From the NCBI GenBank assembly GCA_027449025.1, contig DAIDMK010000014.1, forward strand, positions 27 to 64,026: DNA of 64,000 nucleotides. Reading direction: 5' to 3'. The notes below the pieces were generated by a model. The model worked only from the letters and a program-made list of their open reading frames with translations. It searched no databases and was not told the DNA's origin. The DNA is from Lutibacter sp. GTDB taxonomy: Bacteria; Bacteroidota; Bacteroidia; Flavobacteriales; Flavobacteriaceae. Positions 28,752 through 39,032 of this stretch are shown here, piece after piece (within the stretch, counting starts at the first letter, position 1; each line of letters opens with the position of its first letter). A program made the position numbers and the translations under genes.

Positions 28752-29228
28752 TTAAAGGTTTTCCAACATTGATTTTTCTTTTGTGGAAAGCGGGACTTCA
28801 TTTATAAATTTCTGCTTGGTGGGATAAACTGCAAGAATCATCAGAATTAATATTCCAACCAAAATAAAGTAAAAACTATTGCTAGATTCCATCACAAAAA
28901 TAATGCACATGAGCGCTGGAAATTCCAACATGGCAACCCTAAAAATATGTGCTGTGGTATATTTTACTGCTTTTTGCGATAAATTAGCAGTTATGGGGAT
29001 TTGTTTTAACAATTTGGCATACAAGTATTTACTTGACAAATTTCCTATAAATGAAATTAGGATGGCCAAATACAAAAACAGTTTATCATCCTCATAAGAA
29101 AAAAACAATTGGTCTCCGGCATTTAAGCCCACATAGGCACCAAAAACGACAATGATAAACAATAAGGAAAAGTGAATTAATTGCAATGATTTCATAAAAT
29201 CTCTTGATTGTTTTTTGATATAACTCAT
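28752..29228 (-). CDS. Hypothetical membrane protein (about 4 TM)
   Basis: Hydrophobic 158-aa ORF on the same strand as its neighbours. I recognise no family. Confidence 0.55.
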   Translation of the reverse strand: MSYIKKQSRDFMKSLQLIHFSLLFIIVVFGAYVGLNAGDQLFFSYEDDKLFLYLAILISFIGNLSSKYLYAKLLKQIPITANLSQKAVKYTTAHIFRVAMLEFPALMCIIFVMESSNSFYFILVGILILMILAVYPTKQKFINEVPLSTKEKSMLENL

Positions 29229-29273
29229 TGGTTAGATATTAAAAGTTAAAAGTTAGGTGTTTGAAGTTAATTG

Positions 29274-30008
29274 CTAATTGTTAATTGATAAAAAGGTATT
29301 TGCTTTTTCCAAATCTTCAGGTGTGTCTATTCCAATAGCCATTTGGTCAGTTTCAACCATTTTCACTTTTAATCCGTTAGCCAAAAATCGAAGATTTTCC
29401 AGTTTTTCTGAAGCTTCCAGCCTATTTATAGGCAAATTGGTAAATTTTACCAAGGCTGCTTTTCTGAAGGCATAAATTCCGATATGTTTAAAATAAACAG
29501 CAAAAGATTCGTCTCTAGGGTACGGAATTGGGGAACGCGAAAAATACATCGCAAAATTTCGTTCATCGGTTACCACTTTCACGTTATTCGGATTGTTAAT
29601 TTCGGCATTGTCATCCATTTTTATCATTAAGGAAGCGATGTCAATTTCATTTTTTGCATCATTTTTAAAAACCTCCAGTAATTTTAAAAGCGGTTCTTTT
29701 TTTGTAAAAGGCTCGTCACCCTGTACATTTACAACTATGTCAACTTCCATATTTTCTATAGCTTCTGCGATTCTGTCACTCCCCGATTCATGTGCTGTTT
29801 TACTTTTTATCGCTTTTCCTCCCTTTGAAATTATTTCATCAAAAATAATATCGCTATCGGTTACCACATAAACTTCATCAAACAAATTTGTGCTTTTAGT
29901 GGCTTCATAGGTTCTTAAAATAACCGTTTTCCCCGCCAAATCTTTCATTAATTTCCCTGGAAATCGGCTGGCTTCAAAGCGTGCCGGAATCATTGCTATA
30001 ATTTTCAT
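29274..30008 (-). CDS. kdsB: 3-deoxy-manno-octulosonate cytidylyltransferase
   Basis: N-terminus [17 protein letters not shown], and NVQGDEP. Confidence 0.95.
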   Translation of the reverse strand: MKIIAMIPARFEASRFPGKLMKDLAGKTVILRTYEATKSTNLFDEVYVVTDSDIIFDEIISKGGKAIKSKTAHESGSDRIAEAIENMEVDIVVNVQGDEPFTKKEPLLKLLEVFKNDAKNEIDIASLMIKMDDNAEINNPNNVKVVTDERNFAMYFSRSPIPYPRDESFAVYFKHIGIYAFRKAALVKFTNLPINRLEASEKLENLRFLANGLKVKMVETDQMAIGIDTPEDLEKANTFLSINN

Positions 30009-30970
30009 TTTTTTGTTTCTTTTACTTTTAATTCTTTTTCCTTTAAAGCTTTTAATTGATTTTTCCTAAGTCGGTTGATGCTCGCATTTAACTCAAAACC
30101 CAACAGCAATATAATGGAGTTTAACCAAACAAAAACCATGAGAACCAACAAGGTGCCTATTGAGCCGTAAAGCTGATTGTAAGTAGCGAATTTCAACACA
30201 TAAATGGCAAATAATTTGAACATTAATAAAGTTAGCAGCGTTGTTAAAACGGAACCGGGCGTAAAAAAGGATTTATGTTTCACTTCTTTGGCACCATATT
30301 TATACATTACCGAAACAGAAATAAATATCAATGCAACCAATAAAAAGTACCTTCCTTTTTCAATCCAAAACACATCGTCTTCCAGCCAACCACGTGCCTT
30401 TAAATTGTTTATACCTATTTCAAAGTACACCATAAACGCTACAACAATAAATAAAATAACCGACAATACAATTGCTATGAGCATAGAAATAAAATATTGA
30501 CGTAAAATATTGCGCATTTCTACCACATGATAAGAATATTCAAATCCGGCAAAAACAGAACTCACCCCGTTGGCCATTAAAAAAATAGAGGCTAAAAATC
30601 CGAATGAAAGCAATCCGCCGTATTTATTATTTACAATATCCTTTATGACTTCCTGAAAAGAACTTGCCGTATTCGGCGGCAACAAACTTTCAATCATAAA
30701 CAAAAAATCCTGCTGAAATCCTTCAATGGGTACGTAAGGAATTACGGTAAGTATAAAAAGTAAAAATGGGAACAAAGCCATAATAAAGCTAAAGGCAATA
30801 CCACCAGCTCGCGATGTTAAGGCTCCTTTTATAATGCCAATAAAATAAATTTTCAGTACTTCATAAAGTGACATGCCCTTTAAACCCGGAATTTTAACAT
30901 TTTTCCCCAGCCGAACAATCCACTCTAGATTTTTGATTTTATTTAATAGTGCTATGCTGTATTTCCTCAT
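30005..30970 (-). CDS. YihY/BrkB-family membrane protein
   Basis: Polytopic protein with the YihY pattern. The ATG at 30970 (MRKYSIALL) is preferred, because the ORF-track extension to 31147 overlaps nadC and a repeat tract. Confidence 0.8.
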   Translation of the reverse strand: MRKYSIALLNKIKNLEWIVRLGKNVKIPGLKGMSLYEVLKIYFIGIIKGALTSRAGGIAFSFIMALFPFLLFILTVIPYVPIEGFQQDFLFMIESLLPPNTASSFQEVIKDIVNNKYGGLLSFGFLASIFLMANGVSSVFAGFEYSYHVVEMRNILRQYFISMLIAIVLSVILFIVVAFMVYFEIGINNLKARGWLEDDVFWIEKGRYFLLVALIFISVSVMYKYGAKEVKHKSFFTPGSVLTTLLTLLMFKLFAIYVLKFATYNQLYGSIGTLLVLMVFVWLNSIILLLGFELNASINRLRKNQLKALKEKELKVKETKK

Positions 30971-31062
30971 TATTTTTACTACATATGTGCTTTTTGGATT
31001 TACGATATCCGATTTTTGATTTACGATTTTAAAACTTTTTTTTAAAATTCCCCCTTCGGGGA

Positions 31063-31926
31063 CTAGGGGGCTACAGCTTTTAAACTCAAATCCATATTGT
31101 AAACAGAATGCGTTAAAGCGCCCGAGGAAATATAATCTACGCCACATTCGGCATACTTTCTGGCAGTTTTCAAATTAATACCGCCTGATGATTCTGTTTG
31201 ACATTTGTTTCCAATTAATTGAACTGCCTTTTTGGTTTCTTCAAAATCAAAATTATCAATTAAAATCCGGTAAACACCTTCATGCCCCAATATTTCCTTT
31301 ATTTCTTCAAGACTTCTTGCTTCAACAATAATTTTTAAATCAAGCTTTTTATCTTTTAAATAGGTTTTTGTTTTTTCAATGGCTTTTGAAACGCCTCCAG
31401 CAAAATCGATATGATTGTCTTTCAACATAATCATATCATATAAGGCGAATCTATGATTTTCGCCACCACCAATTTTAACCGCCCATTTTTCAATAGCTCT
31501 AATGCCTGGAGTGGTTTTTCTGGTGTCTAAAATTTTTGTTTTTGTGCCCGCTAGCAAATTTGCGAATTCTCTTGTTTTTGTGGCTATGGCGCTCATTCGT
31601 TGCATCACGTTCAACACCAGGCGTTCCGATTTCAAAATGGATTGAGAGCTTCCTTCAACAAAAAAGACTACATCGCCATTTTTTACCGATTCGCCGTCAT
31701 TTATCAATGTTTCAATCTTTAAATCGGCATCCACATATTTAAAAATTCTTTTTGCCATTTCTACGCCTGCAATAATTCCAGCTTCCTTAACCAACAGTTT
31801 AGCCTTGCCTTTTGCTTCTTTCGGAATACAGGCCAAAGAGCTGTGATCGCCGTCGCCTACATCTTCTCTTATGGCATTGGATATAATAATATCAAGTTCT
31901 TTTTCGAATTGTTTTGGTGAAATCAT
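31063..31926 (-). CDS. nadC: Nicotinate-nucleotide diphosphorylase (carboxylating)
   Basis: QPRTase pattern (TRKTTPGIR, MLKDNH, SSGGI). Confidence 0.95.
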   Translation of the reverse strand: MISPKQFEKELDIIISNAIREDVGDGDHSSLACIPKEAKGKAKLLVKEAGIIAGVEMAKRIFKYVDADLKIETLINDGESVKNGDVVFFVEGSSQSILKSERLVLNVMQRMSAIATKTREFANLLAGTKTKILDTRKTTPGIRAIEKWAVKIGGGENHRFALYDMIMLKDNHIDFAGGVSKAIEKTKTYLKDKKLDLKIIVEARSLEEIKEILGHEGVYRILIDNFDFEETKKAVQLIGNKCQTESSGGINLKTARKYAECGVDYISSGALTHSVYNMDLSLKAVAP

Positions 31927-32091
31927 AGGTTTATCTATTATAAAACAAAAATAACTTTTTTATTTTCAAAAAATTCATCTTTAATTCTTTTTATATTTAC
32001 CGAATGAAACGAGCCTTGCAAATTTTGATTCACAAACAAATGATTAATAGCGAACAGCATCTGTTACAGATGAAAAATAAAATGTTAACAG

Positions 32092-32565
32092 ATGAAAATT
32101 AAACTGATGGCCATTGGTAAAACCGATGATAAAAATTTGCAAACCTTAATTGAAGCTTATCAAAATAGGCTAAAGCATTATATCAATTTTGAGATTGAAC
32201 TTATTGCTGATATCAAAAATGTTAAAAACCTAAGCGAAATACAACAAAAGGAAAAAGAAGGCGATTTAATTTTAAAAAAAATTTCGGCAACAGATGCTTT
32301 AATTTTATTGGATGAAAAAGGAACTCAATTTAGTTCTGTCACTTTTTCTGAATACCTTCAAAAAAAAATGAATTCGGGCGTAAAACAATTGGTTTTAATT
32401 ATTGGCGGGCCCTACGGATTTTCAGAAGCCGTTTATAAACAGGCCCAAGGAAAAATATCCTTGTCGAAAATGACTTTTTCGCACCAAATGATTCGTTTGT
32501 TTGTTGTTGAACAGTTGTATAGGGCTTACACTATTTTAAAAAACGAACCCTATCACCATGAATAA
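32092..32565 (+). CDS. rlmH: 23S rRNA (pseudouridine1915-N3)-methyltransferase
   Basis: 157-aa SPOUT protein ending in EPYHHE. Confidence 0.9.
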   Translation: MKIKLMAIGKTDDKNLQTLIEAYQNRLKHYINFEIELIADIKNVKNLSEIQQKEKEGDLILKKISATDALILLDEKGTQFSSVTFSEYLQKKMNSGVKQLVLIIGGPYGFSEAVYKQAQGKISLSKMTFSHQMIRLFVVEQLYRAYTILKNEPYHHE

Positions 32566-33145
32566 ATTAAAACTGATTTTTGCCACAAATAACAAACACA
32601 AATTAGAAGAAGTTCAGGCGATGCTCACCAATTTTGAGATTGTTAGCTTGGCCGATATCAATTGTTTTGAGGATATTCCTGAAACAGCCGATACTTTGAA
32701 TGGAAATGCCATTTTAAAGGCTAATTTTATCACTGAAAAATATGGATTGGATTGTTTTGCTGATGATACAGGACTGGAAGTTGAAGCATTAAACAATGCG
32801 CCTGGGGTGTATTCAGCCCGTTATGCAGGCGAAGAAAACAATGCCGAAGCAAATATGGCAAAATTACTGAATAATCTTGAAAATACTCAAAACCGGAAAG
32901 CGCAATTTAAAACTGTAATTGCACTGAACATTCAAGGAAAACAGTTTATATTTGAAGGTGTTTGTAAAGGCACTATTTTAACAGAAAAGCGAGGAAATAG
33001 CGGATTTGGCTACGACCCTATTTTTATGCCTGAAGGTTATAAAACTTCATTTGCCGAAATGAGTCTGAATGAAAAAGGAAACATCAGTCATCGCGGAAAA
33101 GCAATTGAAAAATTAGTTACATTTTTAAATGCGTATCATTGGTAA
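32558..33145 (+). CDS. rdgB: Non-canonical purine NTP pyrophosphatase (RdgB/HAM1 family)
   Basis: FATNNKHK...DTGLEV...GFGYDPIF...SHRG motifs. Confidence 0.9.
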   Translation: MNKLKLIFATNNKHKLEEVQAMLTNFEIVSLADINCFEDIPETADTLNGNAILKANFITEKYGLDCFADDTGLEVEALNNAPGVYSARYAGEENNAEANMAKLLNNLENTQNRKAQFKTVIALNIQGKQFIFEGVCKGTILTEKRGNSGFGYDPIFMPEGYKTSFAEMSLNEKGNISHRGKAIEKLVTFLNAYHW

Positions 33146-34173
33146 ATCCGATAAAATCATATAGAAACACATTTATTATTTTAACGGGGGTACTCCTACT
33201 TATTTTTATGATAAATATAAGTTTAGGCTCGGTATATATTCCGTTAAAACAATTGTTTCTGGCATTTATTGATGGTGAAGTTGAAAAAGAATCGTGGAAA
33301 TCAATTTTGCTTGATTACAGGTTGCCAAAAGCAATTACGGCAATTATCGTGGGGTCCGGATTGTCGATTAGCGGTTTGCTGATGCAAACACTTTTTAGGA
33401 ATCCTTTAGCCGGTCCGTATGTTTTGGGAATCAGCTCGGGAGCAAGTTTGGGTGTTGCTATATTGATTTTGGGCGCATCGTTTTTTGGCGCTACTGCCGC
33501 CAGTTATGCATTTAGCAGCTGGGGACACGCTATTGCGGCAAGTCTTGGTGCATTTTTAGTCCTTTCGGCAGTGATGCTGGCAGCCATAAAAGTAAGAAAC
33601 ACCATGTCTATTTTAATTATTGGATTGATGTTTGGAAGTTTAACGGCTTCTGTAATTAGTGTGTTGGCTTATTTTAGCAGTGCCAATCAGTTGCAACAAT
33701 ATTTATTTTGGAGTTTTGGCAGCCTTGGGAATTTAAGCTGGAATGAAATTTCAGTGCTTTTAATCGTTTTTTTAATAGGAATGACCTTTGTAATTCTCAT
33801 TATAAAACCTTTGAACAGCTTGCTTTTGGGAGAGAATTACGCTAAAAGCATGGGTGTTAACGTAAAACGAACCCGAAATTTTACCTTGATTTCTACCAGT
33901 TTACTAACAGGCGTTATTACTGCTTTTTCTGGCCCTATTGCCTTTATTGGTTTGGCTGTTCCACATTTAACAAAACTGCTTTTCAGCACTTCCAACCATA
34001 AAATATTGGTTCCTGCAGTTGCCATAAGCGGCGCCATCATTATGCTTATTTGCGACAGTATTGCTCAATTACCAACCAGCGAATATACGCTGCCTATTAA
34101 CGCGATAACCTCTTTATTTGGTGCACCTATAATTATCTGGTTGCTGATTAGAAAACGAAAAATAACTTATTAA
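33139..34173 (+). CDS. FecCD-family iron/cobalamin ABC transporter permease
   Basis: Roughly 9-10 TM helices with FecCD-like conserved stretches. Confidence 0.85.
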   Translation: MVNPIKSYRNTFIILTGVLLLIFMINISLGSVYIPLKQLFLAFIDGEVEKESWKSILLDYRLPKAITAIIVGSGLSISGLLMQTLFRNPLAGPYVLGISSGASLGVAILILGASFFGATAASYAFSSWGHAIAASLGAFLVLSAVMLAAIKVRNTMSILIIGLMFGSLTASVISVLAYFSSANQLQQYLFWSFGSLGNLSWNEISVLLIVFLIGMTFVILIIKPLNSLLLGENYAKSMGVNVKRTRNFTLISTSLLTGVITAFSGPIAFIGLAVPHLTKLLFSTSNHKILVPAVAISGAIIMLICDSIAQLPTSEYTLPINAITSLFGAPIIIWLLIRKRKITY

Positions 34174-34971
34174 GTGGATTTGAAAACCAAACATATCATT
34201 AAAACCAGCAATTTAAGCATTGGATACTCTTCTAAAAAGAACGTGAATACCATTGCAGCTAACCTTAATATTGAATTGACCGAAGGAAAATTGGTATGTT
34301 TACTAGGAAAAAACGGTATTGGAAAATCGACTTTGTTAAGAACTTTAACCAAGGTTCAGCCTGCTCTATGCGGCGAGATTTTCATCAATAACAATAACTT
34401 AAAAGCCTTAAACAGCATTGATTTGGCCAAATCCCTTAGTTTGGTTTTAACAGAGCATTTGCCGGAAAATAACTTATCGGTTTATGAATTGGTGGCTCTT
34501 GGTCGTCAACCTTACACCAATTGGGTTGGCAATTTATCTGAAGTGGATTTGGAATATATCAGCAAAGCCTTAGAACAGACTAACACAAAACATTTAGCCA
34601 ATGCTAAATATTATGAATTGAGTGATGGCCAGCTTCAAAAAGTATTAATTGCCAGAGCATTGGCGCAGAATACCGATATGATTATTTTAGATGAGCCAAC
34701 GGCACATTTAGACATGCACCATACCATTGAAACATTTACTTTGTTAAAAAAATTGGCCAAAGAATTTAACAAAACCATTTTAGTTTCAACACATGAAATA
34801 AATTTAGCTCTGCAACTTGCTGATATATTGTGGTTAATGACCCCTTCAAACTTTATGGCTGATACCACCGAAAACTTAATCGAAAATAATTGTCTGGACC
34901 AACTTTTTGATTCAGATTTAATCAGCTTTAACAAAACTTTAAAGCAGTTTACCATTTCCAATTCTTATTAA
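34174..34971 (+). CDS. ABC transporter ATP-binding protein (iron/B12-type importer)
   Basis: Walker A GKNGIGKST, signature LSDGQLQKVLIARA, Walker B ILDEPTAHLD. GTG start. Confidence 0.9.
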   Translation: MDLKTKHIIKTSNLSIGYSSKKNVNTIAANLNIELTEGKLVCLLGKNGIGKSTLLRTLTKVQPALCGEIFINNNNLKALNSIDLAKSLSLVLTEHLPENNLSVYELVALGRQPYTNWVGNLSEVDLEYISKALEQTNTKHLANAKYYELSDGQLQKVLIARALAQNTDMIILDEPTAHLDMHHTIETFTLLKKLAKEFNKTILVSTHEINLALQLADILWLMTPSNFMADTTENLIENNCLDQLFDSDLISFNKTLKQFTISNSY

Positions 34972-35006
34972 TATTGATATCTTTGATAAGTTAATAAATT
35001 CACATA

Positions 35007-36029
35007 ATGAAAAAAATATTTTTTATCGCCCTGACTTTAAGCCTATTGGGATGCAACTTAAGTAATTCCATCATTGCCCAGGCAGCAGAATCTGTTGAAA
35101 TTACCGGAAAATTAGCGCAAAAATTTGCTGCCGGAATTAAGGAAGCTGATTTAAAAACGCATCTTTATATCATCGCCTCAGATGAATTTGAAGGAAGAAA
35201 TACTGGAGAGCCTGGACAAAAATTGGCGGCGGAATACCTAAAAAACTTTTATGTAGAAAAAAACATTGCTTCTCCTTTAGGTGAGAATAATTATTTCCAA
35301 ATAATTTCTAAAGAACATTTACAACGAAATTTAAAGCCCTCAGAAAATGTGGTTGCCTTTATAAAAGGCTCTAAATATCCTAATGAAATTCTCGTAATTT
35401 CAGCGCATTACGATCATCTTGGAATAGATGCCGATGGTGAAATTTTTAACGGTGCGGATGATGATGGATCGGGAACAGTAGCCGTTATGGCAATTGCAGA
35501 AGCTTTTCAAAAAGCAGTTGAAGAGGGAAATGGACCAAAACGCTCTATCTTATTTTTGCATGTTACCGGTGAAGAAAAGGGATTGCTTGGATCTAAATAT
35601 TATGTGAATTTTCCAATTTTTCCTTTAAAAAATACGGTTGCCAACTTAAATATTGATATGATTGGACGAACAGATCCAGCGCACGAAAACAATCCAAACT
35701 ACATCTATTTAATTGGCTCTGATAAATTAAGTACGGAACTACATAATCTATCCGAAGAAATCAATAACAAGTTCACCAAATTGGATTTAGACTATACCTA
35801 TAATTTGGACAGTGATCCAAATCGTTTTTATTACCGCTCCGATCATTACAATTTTGCAAAAAATAATATTCCTGTCATTTTTTATTTTAACGGAACCCAC
35901 GAAAATTATCACCGTATAAGTGATACACCCGATAAAATTAATTATGAATTATTGGAAAAAAGAACCAAATTGGTGTTTTATACCGCGTGGGAAATAGCGA
36001 ATAGGGAAAACAGGATTAAGGTTGATTAG
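35007..36029 (+). CDS. M28-family metallopeptidase (aminopeptidase), lipoprotein
   Basis: Lipobox LLGC, and zinc ligand patterns SAHYDH, GADDDGSG and TGEEKGLLGS. Confidence 0.9.
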   Translation: MKKIFFIALTLSLLGCNLSNSIIAQAAESVEITGKLAQKFAAGIKEADLKTHLYIIASDEFEGRNTGEPGQKLAAEYLKNFYVEKNIASPLGENNYFQIISKEHLQRNLKPSENVVAFIKGSKYPNEILVISAHYDHLGIDADGEIFNGADDDGSGTVAVMAIAEAFQKAVEEGNGPKRSILFLHVTGEEKGLLGSKYYVNFPIFPLKNTVANLNIDMIGRTDPAHENNPNYIYLIGSDKLSTELHNLSEEINNKFTKLDLDYTYNLDSDPNRFYYRSDHYNFAKNNIPVIFYFNGTHENYHRISDTPDKINYELLEKRTKLVFYTAWEIANRENRIKVD

Positions 36030-36282
36030 TAAGTTTTAAGTTGTGAGTTTTAAGTCTTGATTATTGGTATTTTCGTATTTTTGATTTACGATTTTATTAA
36101 TTTCCAACTTTTTATTAATTCCTCTACATATTCAAAAAAAAACAAGCCTATAATCCTACTTCGGCTCTCTCAGGGCAAAGGTTGTAAGCTTCTAAATATT
36201 GAATTTTGGATTATTGGTATTTTCTCTATAATCTATTTTCTTTTCCAACTTTAAACTTTCAACTTTTAAACTTTTGAACTTA

Positions 36283-37287
36283 TTAATGTATAATTTTAAA
36301 CAGCAGTTCCTTTAATATATCTCCCGCAGGCAAAGCGTTTGCACCAACACCTTTGCTTTTTAAATCGGCATCCCTTAACAATCCTATGACTTGTGAAACT
36401 TTTCGCATCGGATAGTTTTTTGAGGCTGCGGTATAATCTGATACAAAAAACGGATTTACACTCAAAGCTTTTGCCACACTATTACTCGATTTATCTTTTA
36501 AACTATGGTAAATAAGCAATTGGGTAAAAAAGGCATTTAATAATGAAATGGTCACAACTATGGGGTTTGCTTTCTGGTTTTGCGCAAAATGGTTGATAAT
36601 TCTGTTCGCACCCAACACATTTCTTTCACCAACAGCCTTTCTCAATTCAAAATTATTGTACTCTTTGCTAATACCAATATTTTCTTCAATCGCATTAGGT
36701 GTTATGGTTGAATTAACAGGCAAAATAATCATCAATTTATCCAGTTCGTTGCTTATTTTACTTAAATCGTTGCCTAAAAATTCCACCAGCATTAGGGTCG
36801 CTTTAGTATCAATTTTGTAATTTTTACCAGCTAAAACCCTTCGTATCCAATCTGCAACCTGATTTTCATAGAGCTTTTTACTTTCATAAACCAATCCGCA
36901 TTTTTGAATGGCTTTGTACAATTTTTTTCGTTTGTCAATTGTTTTATACTTGTAACAAATCACCAATACCGTTGTAGGTTGTGGGTTTTCGGCATACGTA
37001 GCTAAGTTTTCTATAGTTCTCGATAAATCCTGCGCTTCTTTCACAATAACCACTTGCCTGTCGGCCATCATTGGATATCGTTTTGCATTGTCAATCAAAT
37101 CCTCCACAGCAGCATCGCGTCCGTACATTACCATTTGATTGAATCCTTTTTCTTCTTCAGAAAGCACATTTTTTTCAATAAATTCAGAAATTTTATCAAT
37201 ATAATAAGGCTCATCCCCCATTAAAAAATAAATGGGCTTTATATTTCCGTTTTCTATGTCTGAAACTATTTTGCTTATGTCACTCAT
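36283..37287 (-). CDS. holA: DNA polymerase III subunit delta
   Basis: 334 aa with the HolA N-terminal pattern (YFLMGDEPYYID) and an all-helical C-terminus. Confidence 0.85.
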   Translation of the reverse strand: MSDISKIVSDIENGNIKPIYFLMGDEPYYIDKISEFIEKNVLSEEEKGFNQMVMYGRDAAVEDLIDNAKRYPMMADRQVVIVKEAQDLSRTIENLATYAENPQPTTVLVICYKYKTIDKRKKLYKAIQKCGLVYESKKLYENQVADWIRRVLAGKNYKIDTKATLMLVEFLGNDLSKISNELDKLMIILPVNSTITPNAIEENIGISKEYNNFELRKAVGERNVLGANRIINHFAQNQKANPIVVTISLLNAFFTQLLIYHSLKDKSSNSVAKALSVNPFFVSDYTAASKNYPMRKVSQVIGLLRDADLKSKGVGANALPAGDILKELLFKIIH

Positions 37288-37316
37288 TTATAAAAAAAAA
37301 TTAGCATTTTTGTTGG

Positions 37317-37760
37317 ATGCAGCCATTGAATTTACCTACATATTCTTTCAAAATCAAAAGTAGCGAAAATAAGTATTTTATATTCGATATTATCAGAAAA
37401 AAATATATGGTTCTGACACCTGAGGAATGGGTGCGCCAACATTTTATTCATTATTTAATATCAGCAAAAAATTACCCGATTTCACTCATTGCCGTTGAGA
37501 AAAAAGTCACCGTCAATAAGTTAACCAAGCGAACGGATATTCTTGTTTTTAACGCACAAGGGAAACCGCATATCATTGTGGAATGCAAAGCGCCTTCCAT
37601 AAAAATATCTCAAGATGCCTTCGACCAAATTGCTCGGTATAATTTAAAATTGGAAGCCAATTATCTTATTGTCACCAATGGTTTGACCCATTTTTATGCG
37701 GTTATGGATTTGGAAAATGAATGCTATGTTTTTTTAGATTCGATTCCTAATTATAATTAA
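37317..37760 (+). CDS. HsdR-N-terminal-like PD-(D/E)xK domain protein (standalone)
   Basis: 147 aa with a D...ECK nuclease-fold motif (TDILVFNAQGKPHIIVECKAP). Confidence 0.7.
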   Translation: MQPLNLPTYSFKIKSSENKYFIFDIIRKKYMVLTPEEWVRQHFIHYLISAKNYPISLIAVEKKVTVNKLTKRTDILVFNAQGKPHIIVECKAPSIKISQDAFDQIARYNLKLEANYLIVTNGLTHFYAVMDLENECYVFLDSIPNYN

Positions 37761-37769
37761 GAAAAAAAA

Positions 37770-39032
37770 ATGAAAAAAAAATATTTCAAAATAAGCGTAC
37801 TGATTTTTTTTATAGCAGTTGTGGCTCTTTACTTAATTCCAGCACCTAATTCTGATTTTTTCAAATTGTATGACAAAAATGACAAACCTGCCCAAAGTTT
37901 AAAAGAATTTAAATCGAGAGCTACTAAAAATATTATGGTAAATGGTGTTGTGTGGAATTATTACGCTGGCGGAAAAGGCAATAAAACCATTTTTTTTATT
38001 CACGGAATGGGTGGATCTTACGATTTATGGTGGCAACAAATTGTGGAGTTTGAAAAAGATTATAAAGTAATCACTTATACACTTCCAGAAAATATAAATT
38101 CGCTTAAAAAAGCTTCCGAAGGAATTTTAAAAATATTAGATGCCGAAAACGTTGACAAATTTTATGTTGTAGGGACATCAATGGGGGGCTATATTGCACA
38201 ATATTTAGTTAATACAATTCCGTTCAGAATTGAAAAAGCTGTTTTTGGAAACACATTTCCGCCTAATAATTTAATTGTAAAAGAAAATGAAACAGAGAGC
38301 AAAGTAATTCCATTTTTACCAGAAATTATTATCTCAAAATTAGGGAAGAAAAAATTAAATGATGAGATTGTTCCCGCAGCAAAGAGTTCACCTTTGTTAA
38401 AAGCATTTTTAACAAGTTTACCATTCAGCAAAAAACAGTTTATCAACCGTTATCATATAGTTATTGATAAATTCACCCCATTTCCTGATCGTTATAAAGT
38501 AAAACGCATTCCAAAATTAATTATAGAATCCGATAATGATCCGCTAATTCAACCGGCATTGCAAAAAGAAATAAAGGAGTTGTACGCAAATGCCGAAGTT
38601 TTCACTTTTCACAATGAAGGTCATTTTCCGTATATAAATGCATCTTCTACATACAATAAAGTACTTCGTGATTTTTTAAAGAAGGAAAATGTTTATGAAA
38701 TTGCTGAAAAAACAATTACAAATTATTTTGAAGGAAGAAGAAACGCCGATTTAAAGCAACTGCAAAATGCTTTTTCTGAAAATGCCAACCTCTATACAGT
38801 TTCAAACGGAGAAGCTATGACAATCTCACTTGAAAATTACTTAAAACTCATAAAAACTGAGGGTAAACAAGAGGTTGAAACACAAATTTTAAATGGAGAC
38901 ATTACAAATAATATTGCTACTTTTAAGACTAAATTTAAGTATATAGATAAGTCTTATGTCGATTTTATAAGTGCCATAAAAACAAAAGATGGTTGGAAAA
39001 TCGTGGGCAAAACTTTTACAAAAACCAAATAA
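37770..39032 (+). CDS. Alpha/beta hydrolase fused to a C-terminal NTF2-like domain
   Basis: N-terminal TM/signal anchor, HGMGG and nucleophile elbow GTSMGG, catalytic D and H (ESDNDP, NEGHF). The last 110 aa or so resemble an NTF2/lumazine-binding-like fold (ITNYFEGRRNAD...DGWKIVGKTF). Confidence 0.7.
   Translation: MKKKYFKISVLIFFIAVVALYLIPAPNSDFFKLYDKNDKPAQSLKEFKSRATKNIMVNGVVWNYYAGGKGNKTIFFIHGMGGSYDLWWQQIVEFEKDYKVITYTLPENINSLKKASEGILKILDAENVDKFYVVGTSMGGYIAQYLVNTIPFRIEKAVFGNTFPPNNLIVKENETESKVIPFLPEIIISKLGKKKLNDEIVPAAKSSPLLKAFLTSLPFSKKQFINRYHIVIDKFTPFPDRYKVKRIPKLIIESDNDPLIQPALQKEIKELYANAEVFTFHNEGHFPYINASSTYNKVLRDFLKKENVYEIAEKTITNYFEGRRNADLKQLQNAFSENANLYTVSNGEAMTISLENYLKLIKTEGKQEVETQILNGDITNNIATFKTKFKYIDKSYVDFISAIKTKDGWKIVGKTFTKTK

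Noticed and set aside
30971-31147. N-terminal 59-aa extension of the YihY-family ORF
   Set aside because: It overlaps the 3-prime end of nadC and translates the ATCGTAAATC repeat tract. The internal ATG at 30970 gives a normal N-terminus.
33139-34971. Cobalamin or other riboswitch ahead of the FecCD/ATPase importer genes
   Set aside because: The permease gene overlaps the end of rdgB, so there is no leader region to hold a riboswitch. The missing substrate-binding gene is simply not in this operon.
36057-36254. 65-aa plus-strand ORF in the M28/holA spacer
   Set aside because: It runs through word-like repeats (the GATTATTGGTATTTTC copies and AAGTT tracts) and is Ile/Phe-rich. It is most likely an artefact of repeat DNA.
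37317-37760. HsdR N-terminal-like nuclease-fold protein as evidence of a restriction-modification or other defence system
   Set aside because: No HsdM, HsdS, helicase or methyltransferase partner is nearby. The gene sits divergent from holA among housekeeping genes, which fits a conserved standalone PD-(D/E)xK protein rather than a defence island.
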